NCBI RefSeq assembly: GCF_988243305.1
Contig: NZ_OZ547136.1
DNA length: 64,000 nucleotides
Reading direction: 5' to 3' (one strand)
The notes below the pieces were generated by a model, which worked only from the letters and a program-made list of their open reading frames with translations, was not told the origin of the DNA and made no database searches. The translations under genes were made by a program, and so were the position numbers. How positions within the stretch are numbered: position 1 is the first letter of the stretch; each line of letters starts with the position of its first letter. Positions 36,878-50,790 of this stretch are shown piece by piece.

Positions 36878-38353
36878 TTACTCAAACTCATTCCAGGAAC
36901 GACCATCACGGGTAATCATTGCCACCGAGGCAACGGGTCCCCAGGTTCCGGCCTGATACGGTTTCGGCGCATCATTGTCCATCGCCCACGCCTCAGTAAT
37001 GGAGTCTACCCATTTCCAGGCTTCTTCCACTTCATCACGACGAACAAACAGTGCCTGAATACCACGCATGGTTTCCAGCAGCAGACGTTCATAGGCATCC
37101 GCCAGATGCGTCTGATTAAAGGTTTCTGAATAGCTCAGGTCCAGCTTGGTGATTTGCAGGTTATGTTTGTGGTCAAGGCCAGGAACTTTATTCAGTACCT
37201 GGATATCCACGCCTTCATCAGGTTGCAGACGGATAGTCAGTTTATTTTGCGGTAGATCCTGCCACGACTCTTTAAACAGATTCAGTTCAGGTGTTTTGAA
37301 ATAGACCACGACTTCAGAGCATTTGGTCGGCAGACGTTTACCAGTACGCAGGTAGAATGGCACACCGGCCCAGCGCCAGTTATCAATGTCGACGCGGATC
37401 GCCACGAAGGTTTCTGTATTGCTGCTCTTGTTCGCGCCCTCTTCTTCCAGATATCCCGGCACTTTTTTGCCCTGGGCGAAGCCCGCAGTATATTGCCCGC
37501 GTACGGTTTTTTCGCGTACGTTGGAGCGGTCAATACGGCGCAGAGACTTCAGTACTTTCACTTTTTCATCGCGGATGCTGTCTGCACTCAGGTCAGACGG
37601 CGGAGACATCGCAATCATGCAAAGAATTTGCAGCAGGTGGTTCTGGATCATGTCGCGCATCTGACCGGCTTTATCAAAATAGCCCCAGCGCCCTTCGATC
37701 CCCACTTCTTCTGCCACGGTAATCTCAACATGATCGATGGTGCGATTGTCCCAGTTATTCACAAACAGGGAGTTAGCAAAACGCAGCGCCAACAGGTTCA
37801 GCACCGTTTCTTTACCAAGATAGTGGTCGATACGGTAAACCTGGCACTCCTCGAAGTATTCGCCAACCTGATCATTGATTTCCTGCGAGGTCGCCAGCGA
37901 CGTCCCCAGCGGTTTCTCCATGACTACGCGTGCCGGTTTAGCATTCAGTTTTGCCTCACCAAGCCCTTTGCAAATTGCGCCAAAAGTGCTGGGCGGCATA
38001 GCAAAGTAGTTAATGGTGATACGATTTTTTTGATCCAGCATCGCGCCGAGACGGCTGAATGCAGCAGTGTCATTGACATCGAGATTACAAAAATCCAGAC
38101 GTGCACTCAGGGTGTCCCATAAACCTTCATCAATGGTTTCTTTCATGAAAGTTTCGAGCGCCTCGCGGACAACTTTGGTATAAGCCGCTTTATCCCAGTC
38201 AGCACGCCCTACGCCGATAATCCGGGTGTCCGGGTTGAGCTGACCGGCTTTTTCCAGTTGATACAGGGAAGGCAGCAATTTACGACGCGCAAGGTCGCCT
38301 TTCGCGCCGAAAATGACCAGGTCACAGGCCTGGGCTGTTTGCGTTACCGCCAT
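36878..38353 (-). CDS. zwf: Glucose-6-phosphate 1-dehydrogenase
   Basis: 491-aa ORF with G6PD signature (RIDHYLGKE). Confidence 0.97.
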   Translation of the reverse strand: MAVTQTAQACDLVIFGAKGDLARRKLLPSLYQLEKAGQLNPDTRIIGVGRADWDKAAYTKVVREALETFMKETIDEGLWDTLSARLDFCNLDVNDTAAFSRLGAMLDQKNRITINYFAMPPSTFGAICKGLGEAKLNAKPARVVMEKPLGTSLATSQEINDQVGEYFEECQVYRIDHYLGKETVLNLLALRFANSLFVNNWDNRTIDHVEITVAEEVGIEGRWGYFDKAGQMRDMIQNHLLQILCMIAMSPPSDLSADSIRDEKVKVLKSLRRIDRSNVREKTVRGQYTAGFAQGKKVPGYLEEEGANKSSNTETFVAIRVDIDNWRWAGVPFYLRTGKRLPTKCSEVVVYFKTPELNLFKESWQDLPQNKLTIRLQPDEGVDIQVLNKVPGLDHKHNLQITKLDLSYSETFNQTHLADAYERLLLETMRGIQALFVRRDEVEEAWKWVDSITEAWAMDNDAPKPYQAGTWGPVASVAMITRDGRSWNEFE

Positions 38354-38690
38354 GTCATTCTCCTTAAGTTAACTATCCCGGTACTTAAGCCAGGGTATAC
38401 TTGTAATTTTCTTACGGTGCACTGTACTGCTTTTACGAGCTTGCGAAAACTGTAAACGCTTATCCACCCGTGCGATTACGGTAAAAGCGCGCAAAGTGCG
38501 GCAAAACTGATAAAAAAATCATCGTTTTCCATTGGGTAAAAATCTGACACTGATCATGTTATGAAAAAAAATAACAACTTTTTTATCTGCTTTTGTCATT
38601 AACACAGCACACAGGCGTAATATCTGACAAAACTGCATTTCGATTTCTTTCAGTGCGGAAATCGTCATTACCCGTGAGTCTCTTTACATC

Positions 38691-39560
38691 ATGAATATGC
38701 TGGAAAAAATCCAGTCTCAGCTGGAACATTTGAGCAAATCAGAGCGCAAAGTTGCCGAGGTCATTCTGGCTTCGCCCGATAACGCGATCCATTCGAGTAT
38801 TGCTGCTCTGGCGCTGGAAGCCAATGTTAGCGAACCGACGGTGAATCGTTTCTGTCGCAGCATGGACACGCGCGGTTTTCCTGATTTTAAACTTCATCTG
38901 GCACAAAGTCTGGCGAATGGCACTCCCTATGTTAATCGCAACGTCAATGAAGATGACAGCGTTGAATCATACACGGGGAAAATATTTGAGTCCGCAATGG
39001 CAACGCTCGATCATGTCCGTCATTCACTGGATAAATCTGCCATCAACCGCGCCGTCGACTTGCTCACTCAGGCAAAAAAAATCGCCTTTTTCGGATTAGG
39101 CTCTTCAGCCGCCGTTGCCCACGATGCGATGAATAAGTTCTTTCGTTTTAATGTTCCGGTGGTGTACTCCGATGATATTGTGCTGCAACGCATGAGTTGT
39201 ATGAATTGTAGCGACGGAGACGTGGTGGTGCTGATATCTCACACTGGAAGAACAAAAAATCTGGTCGAGCTGGCGCAGCTGGCACGCGAAAACGACGCCA
39301 TGGTGATTGCCCTCACCTCTGCGGGTACCCCGCTCGCCCGGGAAGCAACGCTGGCAATTACCCTCGACGTACCGGAAGATACTGACATTTATATGCCCAT
39401 GGTTTCTCGACTTGCGCAGCTGACCGTGATAGATGTGCTGGCAACAGGATTTACTTTGCGACGCGGTGCAAAATTCAGAGATAACTTGAAGCGGGTCAAG
39501 GAAGCGCTGAAGGAATCGCGTTTTGATAAGCAGTTACTTAATTTAAGTGACGATCGCTAA
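38691..39560 (+). CDS. hexR: RpiR-family transcriptional regulator HexR (YebK)
   Basis: 289-aa ORF with N-terminal HTH and SIS domain. Confidence 0.93.
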
Positions 39561-39687
39561 AAACGACTGTCACTGTCCTAATCTTATACGACATCCGAAT
39601 GAGATTAATTTATCGCCATCGCGGCGTTATTTCATTCGGATTTCATGTTCAAGCAACACCTGGTTGTTTCAGTCAACGGAGTATTAC

Positions 39688-41130
39688 ATGTCCAGAAGGC
39701 TTCGCAGAACTAAAATCGTTACCACGTTAGGCCCAGCAACAGATCGCGATAATAACCTTGAAAAAGTTATCGCGGCGGGTGCCAACGTTGTACGTATGAA
39801 CTTTTCTCACGGCTCGCCTGAAGATCACAAAATGCGCGCGGATAAAGTTCGTGAGATTGCCGCAAAACTGGGGCGTCATGTGGCTATTCTGGGTGACCTC
39901 CAGGGGCCCAAAATCCGTGTATCCACCTTTAAAGAAGGCAAAGTTTTCCTCAACATTGGTGATAAATTCCTGCTCGACGCCAACCTGGGTAAAGGTGAAG
40001 GCGACAAAGAAAAAGTCGGTATCGACTACAAAGGCCTGCCTGCTGACGTCGTGCCTGGTGACATCCTGCTGCTGGACGATGGTCGCGTTCAGTTAAAAGT
40101 ACTGGAAGTTCAGGGCATGAAAGTGTTCACCGAAGTGACCGTCGGTGGTCCCCTCTCCAACAATAAAGGTATCAACAAACTTGGCGGCGGTTTGTCGGCT
40201 GAAGCGCTGACCGAAAAAGACAAAGCAGACATTAAGACTGCAGCGTTAATTGGCGTAGATTACCTGGCTGTCTCCTTCCCACGCTGCGGCGAAGATCTGA
40301 ACTATGCCCGTCGCCTGGCACGCGATGCAGGATGTGATGCGAAAATTGTTGCCAAGGTTGAACGTGCGGAAGCCGTTTGCAGCCAGGATGCAATGGATGA
40401 CATCATCCTCGCCTCTGACGTGGTAATGGTTGCTCGCGGCGACCTCGGTGTGGAAATTGGCGATCCGGAACTGGTCGGCATTCAGAAAGCGTTGATCCGT
40501 CGTGCACGTCAGCTAAACCGCGCGGTAATCACTGCGACCCAGATGATGGAGTCAATGATTACTAACCCGATGCCGACGCGTGCAGAAGTCATGGACGTAG
40601 CAAACGCCGTTCTGGATGGTACTGACGCTGTGATGCTGTCTGCAGAAACTGCTGCTGGTCAGTATCCTTCAGAAACTGTTGCAGCCATGGCGCGCGTTTG
40701 CCTGGGTGCGGAAAAAATCCCGAGCATCAACGTTTCTAAACACCGTCTGGACGTTCAGTTCGACAATGTGGAAGAAGCTATTGCCATGTCAGCAATGTAC
40801 GCAGCTAACCACCTGAAAGGCGTTACGGCGATCATTACCATGACCGAATCGGGTCGTACCGCGCTGATGACCTCCCGTATCAGCTCTGGTCTGCCGATTT
40901 TCGCCATGTCACGCCATGAACGTACGCTGAACCTGACTGCTCTCTATCGCGGCGTTACGCCGGTGCACTTCGATAGCGCTAATGACGGCGTAGCAGCTGC
41001 CAGCGAAGCGGTTAATCTGCTGCGCGATAAAGGTTACTTGATGTCTGGTGACCTGGTGATTGTCACCCAGGGCGACGTGATGAGTACCGTGGGTTCTACT
41101 AATACCACGCGTATTTTAACGGTAGAGTAA
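39688..41130 (+). CDS. pykA: Pyruvate kinase II
   Basis: Start at [19 protein letters not shown]... (480 aa); the track ORF has a 47-aa upstream extension. Confidence 0.96.
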
Positions 41131-41137
41131 GTACGTT

Positions 41138-41172
41138 GCCGGATGCGGCGAAAACGCCTCATCCGGCCTACA
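41138..41172. repeat. REP element
   Basis: gccggatgcggcgaaaacgcctcatccggcctaca, canonical E. coli REP palindrome. Confidence 0.8.
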
Positions 41173-41237
41173 GTTCAATGATAGTTCAACAGATTTCGAA
41201 TCTTCTGAAGCAAACTTGAACTTATCACAAGGCGGAA

Positions 41238-41265
41238 GCCTCTCCTCGCGAGAGGCTTTTTTTAT
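41238..41265 (+). terminator. Rho-independent terminator of pykA
   Basis: Hairpin gcctctc-ctcgc-gagaggc followed by a T-run. Confidence 0.75.
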
Positions 41266-42233
41266 TTGATGGGATAAAGATCTTTGCGCTTATACGGTTG
41301 GATTTCGCCCGGTTTGCGAGTTTTCAGCAATTTTAATATCCAGGTGTATTGTTCTGGTCGCGGACCAACAAAAATCTCGACTTCTTCATTCATCCGCCGC
41401 GCAATTGTATGATCATCCGCCTCTAACAGATCATCCATCGGTGGGCGCACCTGAATCGTCAGACGATGCGTCTTGCCATCATAAATCGGAAACAGCGGTA
41501 CAACGCGCGCACGACACACTTTCATCAAACGACCAATCGCGGGCAACGTCGCTTTATAGGTGGCAAAGAAATCAACAAATTCGCTGTGCTCTGGGCCATG
41601 ATCCTGATCGGGTAAATAATATCCCCAGTAGCCCTGACGTACCGACTGGATGAATGGTTTAATACCATCATTTCTCGCATGCAGACGACCGCCAAAACGA
41701 CGACGCACCGTGTTCCAGACATAATCAAAAACCGGGTTGCCCTGATTATGGAACATCGCTGCCATTTTCTGCCCTTGCGAGGCCATCAGCATGGCCGGGA
41801 TATCGACGGCCCAACCGTGCGGCACCAGAAAAATCACTTTCTCGTTATTACGCCGCATCTCTTCGATGATCTCCAGCCCTTGCCAGTCAACGCGCGGCTG
41901 AATTTTCTCCGGCCCGCGTATTGCCAACTCAGCCATCATTGCCATCGCTTGCGGCGCGGTGGCAAACATCTCATCAACAATCGCTTCGCGTTCAGCTTCA
42001 CTACGTTCTGGAAAGCAGAGCGATAAATTGATTAACGCACGACGGCGTGAGCTTTTTCCCAGGCGTCCGGCAAAACGTCCCAGCCGTGCCAGAATGGGGT
42101 CGCGAAACTTTGGCGGCGTTAAAGCAATACCCGCCATCGCTGCTACGCCCAGCCATGCTCCCCAGTAGCGCGGGTGGCGAAAGGATTTATCAAACTCAGG
42201 AATGTATTCGCTATTATTTTTTTTCGTTTCCAT
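41262..42233 (-). CDS. lpxM: Lipid A myristoyl acyltransferase LpxM (MsbB)
   Basis: 323-aa ORF with late acyltransferase HX4D-type region (VPHGWAVD). Confidence 0.95.
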
Positions 42234-42352
42234 GCTTTTCCAGTTTCGGATAAGGCAAAAATCAATCTGGTGATAGTGTAGCGGCGCAACTTGCCCCGCA
42301 CCAAATAAAAAAAGCCGGTACTGACTGCGTACCGGCTGCGAATGGATGTTAA

Positions 42353-43675
42353 TTAATCAAACCGTAGCTGCGGCACAATCTCTTTGGCCTGCGCCAGGAA
42401 TTCGCGACGATCGGAGCCGGTCAGCCCTTCGGTACGCGGCAGTTTTGCCGTCAGCGGGTTTACGGCCTGCTGGTTTATCCATACTTCATAGTGCAGATGC
42501 GGCCCGGTTGAACGTCCGGTATTACCGGAAAGCGCGATACGGTCGCCACGTTTCACCTTCTGTCCCGGTTTCACCAGAATCTTGCGCAAGTGCATATAAC
42601 GCGTGGTGTAGCTGCGACCATGACGAATAGCCACATAATAACCTGCTGCGCCACTGCGTTTGGCAACCACCACTTCACCGTCACCCACTGAAAGCACCGG
42701 CGTACCCTGTGGCATGGCGAAATCAACACCTCTGTGTGGCGCAACACGACCAGTCACCGGATTAGTACGACGCGGGTTAAAGTTAGACGAGATACGGAAC
42801 TGTTTCGCCGTCGGGAATCGCAAGAATCCTTTCGCCAGACCAGTACCGTTACGATCGTAGAATTTGCCATCTTCAGCGCGGATTGCGTAATAATCTTTAC
42901 CTTCTGAACGCAAACGTACGCCCAGCAGTTGGCTTTGCTCACGTTTACCATCAAGCATTTCTCGTGACATTAACACCGCAAATTCATCGCCTTTTTTCAG
43001 TTTGCGGAAATCCATTTGCCACTGCATGGCTTTAATCACTGCGCTCACTTCGGCGCTGGTTAAACCGGCGTTTCTGGCGCTGGCAACAAAGCTTCCCCCG
43101 ACGGTACCTTTCAGCAGATTGTTGACCCACTCTCCTTGCTGCATTTCGCTGGTCATTTTAAAACCGTTAGCGGCAGTACGGTCATAGGTTCGGGTTTCAC
43201 GACGAGACACTTCCCAGGTGAGGCGCTGCAGTTCGCCGTCCGCGGTTAATGTCCAGGAGAGTTGTTGACCGATTTTCAGGTTACGCAATTCTTTGTCGGC
43301 AGCAGCCAATTGGGTGATATCACCCATATCAATACCATACTGATTGAGAATGCTGCTTAGCGTATCGCCAGTGGAAACAACATATTCATGCACGCCCGCT
43401 TCACCGGCGATTTTGTCATCCAGTTCATCCTGGGGAATGGCTTCATCTTCTTGTGCAGCTTGATCAATCGGCTCACTGGCTTCAGGTAAGAGCGAACGAA
43501 TTTCGTTCTGTTCCAGCTCAATGGTTTTGACAATTGGCGTGGCATCGCGGTGATAAACATAGGGCCGCCAGACAGCGACGGCCAGAGTAAGAACGGTGAG
43601 CGACCCCAACATAACGCGGTGTGGTCGCGGTAAATTATTAAACGCCAGGGCGACAGAGCGGGCTATCTGTTGCAC
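42353..43675 (-). CDS. mepM: Murein DD-endopeptidase MepM (YebA), LysM plus M23/LytM domains
   Basis: 440-aa ORF with M23 peptidase motifs ([14 protein letters not shown]). Confidence 0.95.
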
Positions 43676-43690
43676 GTAATCACTTCCTCA

Positions 43691-44623
43691 TTAATCTCCT
43701 TTCAGGCAGCTCGCATACTGGTTGGCTAATTGATTCAGGAATTCTGAATAGCTTGTTTTACCCAGTTTGATATTCGTCCCCAGGGGATCCAACGTTCCCA
43801 TACGAACGGATGTCCCTCGTGCGACGCTCTCAACGACCGCTGGCCTGAACTGTGGCTCAGCAAAAACGCAGGTTGCTTTTTGCTCAACCAACTGTGTTCT
43901 TATTTCATGTAAACGCTGCGCGCCAGGTTGAATCTCAGGGTTAACGGTAAAATGACCAAGCGGTGTCAGTCCGAACTGTTTTTCGAAATAGCCGTAAGCA
44001 TCGTGAAAAACGAAATAACCTTTCCCCTTGAGCGGCGCGAGCTCGTTACCAACCTGCTTTTCGGTTGAGGCTAATTGTGCCTCAAAATCCTTCAGGTTGG
44101 CGTCAAGTTTGGCTCGACTTTGCGGCATAAGTTCCACTAATTTTCCATGGATTGCAACCGCTGTAGCCCGCGCTATCTCTGGGGAAAGCCAAAGATGCAT
44201 GTTGAAATCGCCGTGATGGTGATCTTCGTCACTTTTTTCCGCGTGGTCGTGATCATCATCATCGCCGTGAATACTTTTCATCAGCAGCGGTTTCACATTC
44301 TCTAGCTGCGCAATCGTTACCTGTTTCGCTTCAGGTAATTTACTTACCGGTTTTTGCATGAACGCTTCCATCTCCGGGCCAACCCAAACGACTAAGTCCG
44401 CGTTCTGTAAGCGTTTTACATCTGATGGACGCAGTGAATAATCATGTTCTGAAGCGCCGTCAGGTAGTAAAACCTCCGTTTCTGTTACCCCATCAGCAAT
44501 GGCAGAAGCGATGAACCCAACGGGTTTAAGCGAAGCGACAACGGCAGCATCTGCGGCCTGTGTTGCACCGCCCCAGAGAGCGGCGGATAATGCTGCGAAA
44601 AGAAGCGTTTTTTTATGTAACAT
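43691..44623 (-). CDS. znuA: Zinc ABC transporter periplasmic binding protein ZnuA
   Basis: Start at [23 protein letters not shown] (signal peptide), 310 aa; His/Asp-rich loop; the track ORF is extended upstream. Confidence 0.95.
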
Positions 44624-44645
44624 AATGCGACCAATCATCGTAATG

Positions 44646-44677
44646 AATATGAGAAGTGTGATATTATAACATTTCAT
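44646..44677. promoter_or_regulatory. Zur box in the divergent znuA / znuCB promoter region
   Basis: aatatgagaagtgtgatattataacatttcat is the reverse complement of the recalled Zur operator GAAATGTTATAATATCACACTTCTCATATT. Confidence 0.8.
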
Positions 44678-44701
44678 GACTACTGCAAGACTAAAATTAA
44701 C

Positions 44702-45457
44702 ATGACAAGTCTGGTTTCCCTGGAAAATGTCTCGGTTTCTTTTGGCCAACGCCGCGTCCTCTCTGATGTGTCGCTGGAACTTAAACCTGGAAAAATTTTG
44801 ACTTTACTTGGGCCAAATGGCGCAGGTAAGTCGACACTGGTACGGGTAGTGCTCGGGCTGGTAACACCCGATGAAGGGGTTATCAAGCGCAACGGAAAAC
44901 TGCGCATCGGCTATGTACCGCAGAAGCTGTATCTCGACACCACGTTGCCACTGACCGTAAACCGTTTTTTACGCTTACGCCCTGGCACACATAAAGAAGA
45001 TATTTTGCCTGCACTGAAACGTGTCCAGGCCGGGCATCTGATTAACGCACCGATGCAAAAGCTCTCGGGTGGCGAAACACAGCGTGTATTGTTAGCGCGA
45101 GCATTGTTAAATCGACCGCAATTATTAGTGCTGGATGAACCCACTCAGGGCGTGGATGTGAATGGTCAGGTGGCGTTATATGACCTTATTGACCAGTTGC
45201 GTCGCGAACTGGATTGTGGCGTTTTAATGGTCTCTCACGATCTGCATCTGGTAATGGCAAAAACCGATGAAGTGCTTTGCCTGAATCACCACATTTGTTG
45301 TTCCGGTACACCGGAAGTTGTTTCCCTGCATCCGGAGTTTATTTCTATGTTTGGTCCTCGTGGTGCTGAACAACTGGGTATCTATCGCCATCATCATAAT
45401 CATCGTCACGATTTACAGGGACGAATTGTTTTGCGTCGGGGAAATGATCGCTCATGA
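44702..45457 (+). CDS. znuC: Zinc ABC transporter ATPase ZnuC
   Basis: 251-aa ORF with Walker A (GPNGAGKST), signature LSGGE and Walker B. Confidence 0.96.
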
Positions 45458-46239
45458 TTGAATTATTATTTCCCGGTTGGTTAGCCGGGATCATGCTCGC
45501 CTGTGCCGCGGGTCCGCTGGGTTCGTTTGTGGTCTGGCGTCGTATGTCTTATTTCGGTGATACGCTGGCCCATGCCTCATTACTTGGTGTCGCGTTTGGT
45601 TTGTTGCTGGACGTGAATCCATTCTATGCGGTGATTGCAGTTACGCTGCTGCTGGCGGGCGGTCTGGTATGGCTGGAGAAGCGTCCACAGCTGGCGATCG
45701 ACACGTTATTAGGGATTATGGCGCACAGTGCCCTGTCGCTGGGCCTGGTGGTCGTTAGTCTGATGTCTAATATTCGTGTTGATTTGATGGCTTACCTGTT
45801 CGGTGATTTGCTGGCAGTGACGCCAGAAGATCTCATCTCTATTGCAATTGGCGTGGTCATCGTGGTGGCGATTTTGTTCTGGCAATGGCGCAATTTGCTG
45901 TCGATGACGATTAGCCCGGATCTGGCGTTTGTTGATGGTGTGAAATTACAGCGCGTGAAATTGTTGTTGATGCTGGTGACGGCATTGACGATTGGTGTAG
46001 CGATGAAATTTGTCGGCGCGTTGATTATTACTTCGCTGCTGATTATTCCTGCAGCTACAGCGCGTCGCTTTGCCCGCACGCCGGAACAGATGGCCGGTGT
46101 CGCTGTTTTGGTGGGAATGGTGGCAGTAACTGGCGGTTTAACCTTTTCCGCATTTTACGATACGCCGGCGGGTCCGTCGGTAGTGCTATGTGCGGCACTG
46201 TTATTTATTATCAGTATGATGAAAAAGCAGGCCAGTTAA
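45454..46239 (+). CDS. znuB: Zinc ABC transporter permease ZnuB
   Basis: 261-aa polytopic membrane protein overlapping the znuC stop. Confidence 0.96.
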
Positions 46240-46257
46240 TCTATCGCTGAACACATT

Positions 46258-47402
<1,145 letters not shown>

Positions 47403-47407
47403 TTACC

Positions 47408-48019
47408 TCATAACGCGGCGCGTAGGGCTTCGCGAATTAATGTTTCACTGCTGGCGTCAGGGCGAGCGATTTTGCTCACCATGCGGCTTGCTTCTTGTGG
47501 TTTATAGCCCAGCGCCACCAGCGCGGCAACCGCTTCCTGTTCAGCATCGTCGGTCACCGGGCTGGCAGGTGACGTGAGTACCAGGTCGGCAGCTGGCGTA
47601 AAGAGATCGCCATGCAAACCTTTAAATCGGTCTTTCATTTCAACAATCAAGCGTTCGGCGGTTTTTTTGCCAATACCCGGCAGTTTCACTAGTGCCCCCA
47701 CTTCTTCACGCTCAACGGCATTAACGAACTGCTGCGCTGACATTCCAGAGAGGATCGCCAGCGCCAACTTCGGGCCGACGCCGTTGGTTTTGATCAACTC
47801 TTTGAACAACGTGCGCTCTTGTTTATTGTTAAAACCGTACAGCAGTTGCGCGTCTTCACGCACCACAAAGTGGGTGAAAACGATCGCTTCCTGACCCGCT
47901 TCAGGGAGTTCATAAAAACAGGTCATCGGCATATGCACTTCATAGCCTACGCCGCCCACTTCAATTAACACCAGCGGGGGTTGTTTTTCAATGATGATGC
48001 CTCTGAGTCTGCCTATCAC
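47408..48019 (-). CDS. ruvA: Holliday junction DNA helicase subunit RuvA
   Basis: 203-aa ORF upstream of ruvB. Confidence 0.97.
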   Translation of the reverse strand: MIGRLRGIIIEKQPPLVLIEVGGVGYEVHMPMTCFYELPEAGQEAIVFTHFVVREDAQLLYGFNNKQERTLFKELIKTNGVGPKLALAILSGMSAQQFVNAVEREEVGALVKLPGIGKKTAERLIVEMKDRFKGLHGDLFTPAADLVLTSPASPVTDDAEQEAVAALVALGYKPQEASRMVSKIARPDASSETLIREALRAAL

Positions 48020-48067
48020 ATGACGCTCCTGCGTAATGAATCAAAGATAATGCTTATGATAAAAAAA

Positions 48068-48087
48068 TGCTGGATAGATATCCAGCG
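48068..48087 (-). promoter_or_regulatory. LexA (SOS) box of the ruvAB operon
   Basis: Minus strand reads CGCTGGATATCTATCCAGCA, the known CTGG-N8-CCAG variant box upstream of ruvA. Confidence 0.85.
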
Positions 48088-48292
48088 AAGGATGAAGAAA
48101 ACTTGCGAGGCGTCCCGATGTTCTGAAAAATGACGCAGTATAATTTTTTCTACAGGTTATATTGGAAGCAAATATTTAAATATTACATATTCAGTGAAAA
48201 AATGCGTAATAAAAATACACATTGCGCCTCCTGAAAAAATAAATTTTTTATGCTATTACGTATATTCATATCTATTTCAATGGAATGACAAC

Positions 48293-48841
48293 GTGAATAT
48301 TAATTATCCTGCTGAATATGAAATTGGTGATATCATCTTTACATGTATAGGTGCTGCCTTATTTGGTCAAATATCAGCTGCATCAAATTGCTGGAGTAAT
48401 CACGTCGGGATCATTATCGGTCATAACGGTGAAGACTTTCTGGTTGCAGAAAGCCGTGTTCCCCTCTCAACCATCACTACGCTATCCCGTTTTATTAAAC
48501 GCTCTGCTAATCAACGCTATGCTATAAAGCGATTAGACGCCGGGCTAACAGAACAACAAAAACAACGAATTGTTGAACAGGTTCCCTCCCGGCTACGCAA
48601 ACTTTACCACACCGGTTTTAAATACGAATCTTCGCGCCAGTTCTGTTCAAAATTTGTCTTTGATATTTATAAAGAGGCACTATGTATTCCGGTGGGTGAA
48701 ATAGAGACGTTTGGAGAACTGTTAAACAGCAATCCAAATGCAAAACTCACTTTCTGGAAATTCTGGTTCCTGGGTTCTATTCCGTGGGAGCGTAAAACCG
48801 TCACGCCAGCCAGTTTGTGGCATCATCCGCGTTTGGTGTAA
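48293..48841 (+). pseudogene. yebB: yebB with its 3' end interrupted by IS10
   Basis: Frame reads ...SLWHHPRLV then stops inside the IS; the same frame resumes after the IS at 50168 (LIHAEGVETPQPELTEAV*). Start placed at a probable GTG (MNINYPAEY...). Confidence 0.75.
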
Positions 48842-50167
48842 GGAGATCCCCTCATAATTTCCCCAAAGCGTAACCATGTGTGAATAAATTTTGAGCTAGT
48901 AGGGTTGCAGCCACGAGTAAGTCTTCCCTTGTTATTGTGTAGCCAGAATGCCGCAAAACTTCCATGCCTAAGCGAACTGTTGAGAGTACGTTTCGATTTC
49001 TGACTGTGTTAGCCTGGAAGTGCTTGTCCCAACCTTGTTTCTGAGCATGAACGCCCGCAAGCCAACATGTTAGTTGAAGCATCAGGGCGATTAGCAGCAT
49101 GATATCAAAACGCTCTGAGCTGCTCGTTCGGCTATGGCGTAGGCCTAGTCCGTAGGCAGGACTTTTCAAGTCTCGGAAGGTTTCTTCAATCTGCATTCGC
49201 TTCGAATAGATATTAACAAGTTGTTTGGGTGTTCGAATTTCAACAGGTAAGTTAGTTGCTAGAACCCATGGCTCCTTTGCCGACGCTGAGTAGATTTTAG
49301 GTGACGGGTGGTGACAATGAGTCCGTGTCGAGCGCTGATTTTTTCGGCCTTTAGAGCGAGATTTATACAATAGAATTTGGCATGAGATTGGATTGCTTTT
49401 AGTCAGCCTCTTATAGCCTAAAGTCTTTGAGTGACTAGATGACATATCATGTAAGTTGCTGATAGGTTTCCAGTTTTCCGCTCCTAGGTCTGCATATTGT
49501 ACTTTTCCTCTTACTCGACTTAACCAGTACCAACCCAGCTTCTCAACGGATTTATACCATGGCACTTTAAAGCCAGCATCACTGACAATGAGCGGTGTGG
49601 TGTTACTCGGTAGAATGCTCGCAAGGTCGGCTAGAAATTGGTCATGAGCTTTCTTTGAACATTGCTCTGAAAGCGGGAACGCTTTCTCATAAAGAGTAAC
49701 AGAACGACCGTGTAGTGCGACTGAAGCTCGCAATACCATAAGTCGTTTTTGCTCACGAATATCAGACCAGTCAACAAGTACAATGGGCATCGTATTGCCC
49801 GAACAGATAAAGCTAGCATGCCAACGGTATACAGCGAGTCGCTCTTTGTGGAGGTGACGATTACCTAACAATCGGTCGATTCGTTTGATGTTATGTTTTG
49901 TTCTCGCTTTGGTTGGCAGGTTACGGCCAAGTTCGGTAAGAGTGAGAGTTTTACAGTCAAGTAATGCGTGGCAAGCCAACGTTAAGCTGTTGAGTCGTTT
50001 TAAGTGTAATTCGGGGCAGAATTGGTAAAGAGAGTCGTGTAAAATATCGAGTTCGCACATCTTGTTGTCTGATTATTGATTTTTGGCGAAACCATTTGAT
50101 CATATGACAAGATGTGTATCTACCTTAACTTAATGATTTTTACCAAAATCATTAGGGGATTCATCAG
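48839..50167 (-). mobile_element. IS10 insertion sequence (1329 bp)
   Basis: 402-aa IS10 transposase ORF; outside end reads CTGATGAATCCCCTAATGATTTTGGTA at 50167; identical 9-bp direct repeats cgtttggtg at 48830-48838 and 50168-50176. Confidence 0.88.
48852..50060 (-). CDS. IS10 (IS4-family) transposase
   Basis: 402-aa ORF MCELDILHDSLYQFCPELHLKRLNSLTLACHALLDCKTLTL... matching the recalled Tn10/IS10 transposase. Confidence 0.95.
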   Translation of the reverse strand: MCELDILHDSLYQFCPELHLKRLNSLTLACHALLDCKTLTLTELGRNLPTKARTKHNIKRIDRLLGNRHLHKERLAVYRWHASFICSGNTMPIVLVDWSDIREQKRLMVLRASVALHGRSVTLYEKAFPLSEQCSKKAHDQFLADLASILPSNTTPLIVSDAGFKVPWYKSVEKLGWYWLSRVRGKVQYADLGAENWKPISNLHDMSSSHSKTLGYKRLTKSNPISCQILLYKSRSKGRKNQRSTRTHCHHPSPKIYSASAKEPWVLATNLPVEIRTPKQLVNIYSKRMQIEETFRDLKSPAYGLGLRHSRTSSSERFDIMLLIALMLQLTCWLAGVHAQKQGWDKHFQANTVRNRNVLSTVRLGMEVLRHSGYTITREDLLVAATLLAQNLFTHGYALGKL

Positions 50168-50234
50168 CGTTTGGTGTTGATTCATGCGGAGGGAGTGGAA
50201 ACGCCTCAGCCGGAACTGACCGAGGCGGTATAAC

Positions 50235-50756
50235 TTAACGCAGTCGCCCTCTCGCCAGGTTCAGCCGCGATTCGCTCATCTGCATCGCATTCTGACTGAC
50301 GTGACAATGGGTAATCGCGATAGCTAATGCATCGGCAGCATCCGCCTGTGGATTAGCGGGCAGTTTCAGCAAGGTGCGGACCATATGCTGCACCTGGCTT
50401 TTTTCAGCACTACCAATACCTACCACCGTTTGCTTTACCTGACGTGCCGCATATTCAAATACCGGCAATTCCTGATTCACCGCCGCCACAATCGCCACGC
50501 CGCGTGCCTGCCCCAGTTTCAGGGCTGAGTCAGCGTTCTTCGCCATAAAGACTTGTTCAATGGCGAAATAATCAGGCTGGAACTGGGTAATGATTTCCGT
50601 CACGCCCGCATAGATGAGCTTCAGACGAGACGGTAAATCATCCACTTTGGTGCGTATGCATCCGCTACCCAGGTAGGAGAGTTGCCTGCCTACCTGGCGG
50701 ATGACGCCATAGCCGGTCACGCGCGAACCCGGGTCAATACCGAGAATAATAGCCAT
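50235..50756 (-). CDS. ruvC: Holliday junction resolvase RuvC
   Basis: 173 aa from the second Met ([18 protein letters not shown]...). Confidence 0.96.
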
Positions 50757-50790
50757 CACGCGTCTCCGTTTTGCTGTTTAGCAGGCCTCA

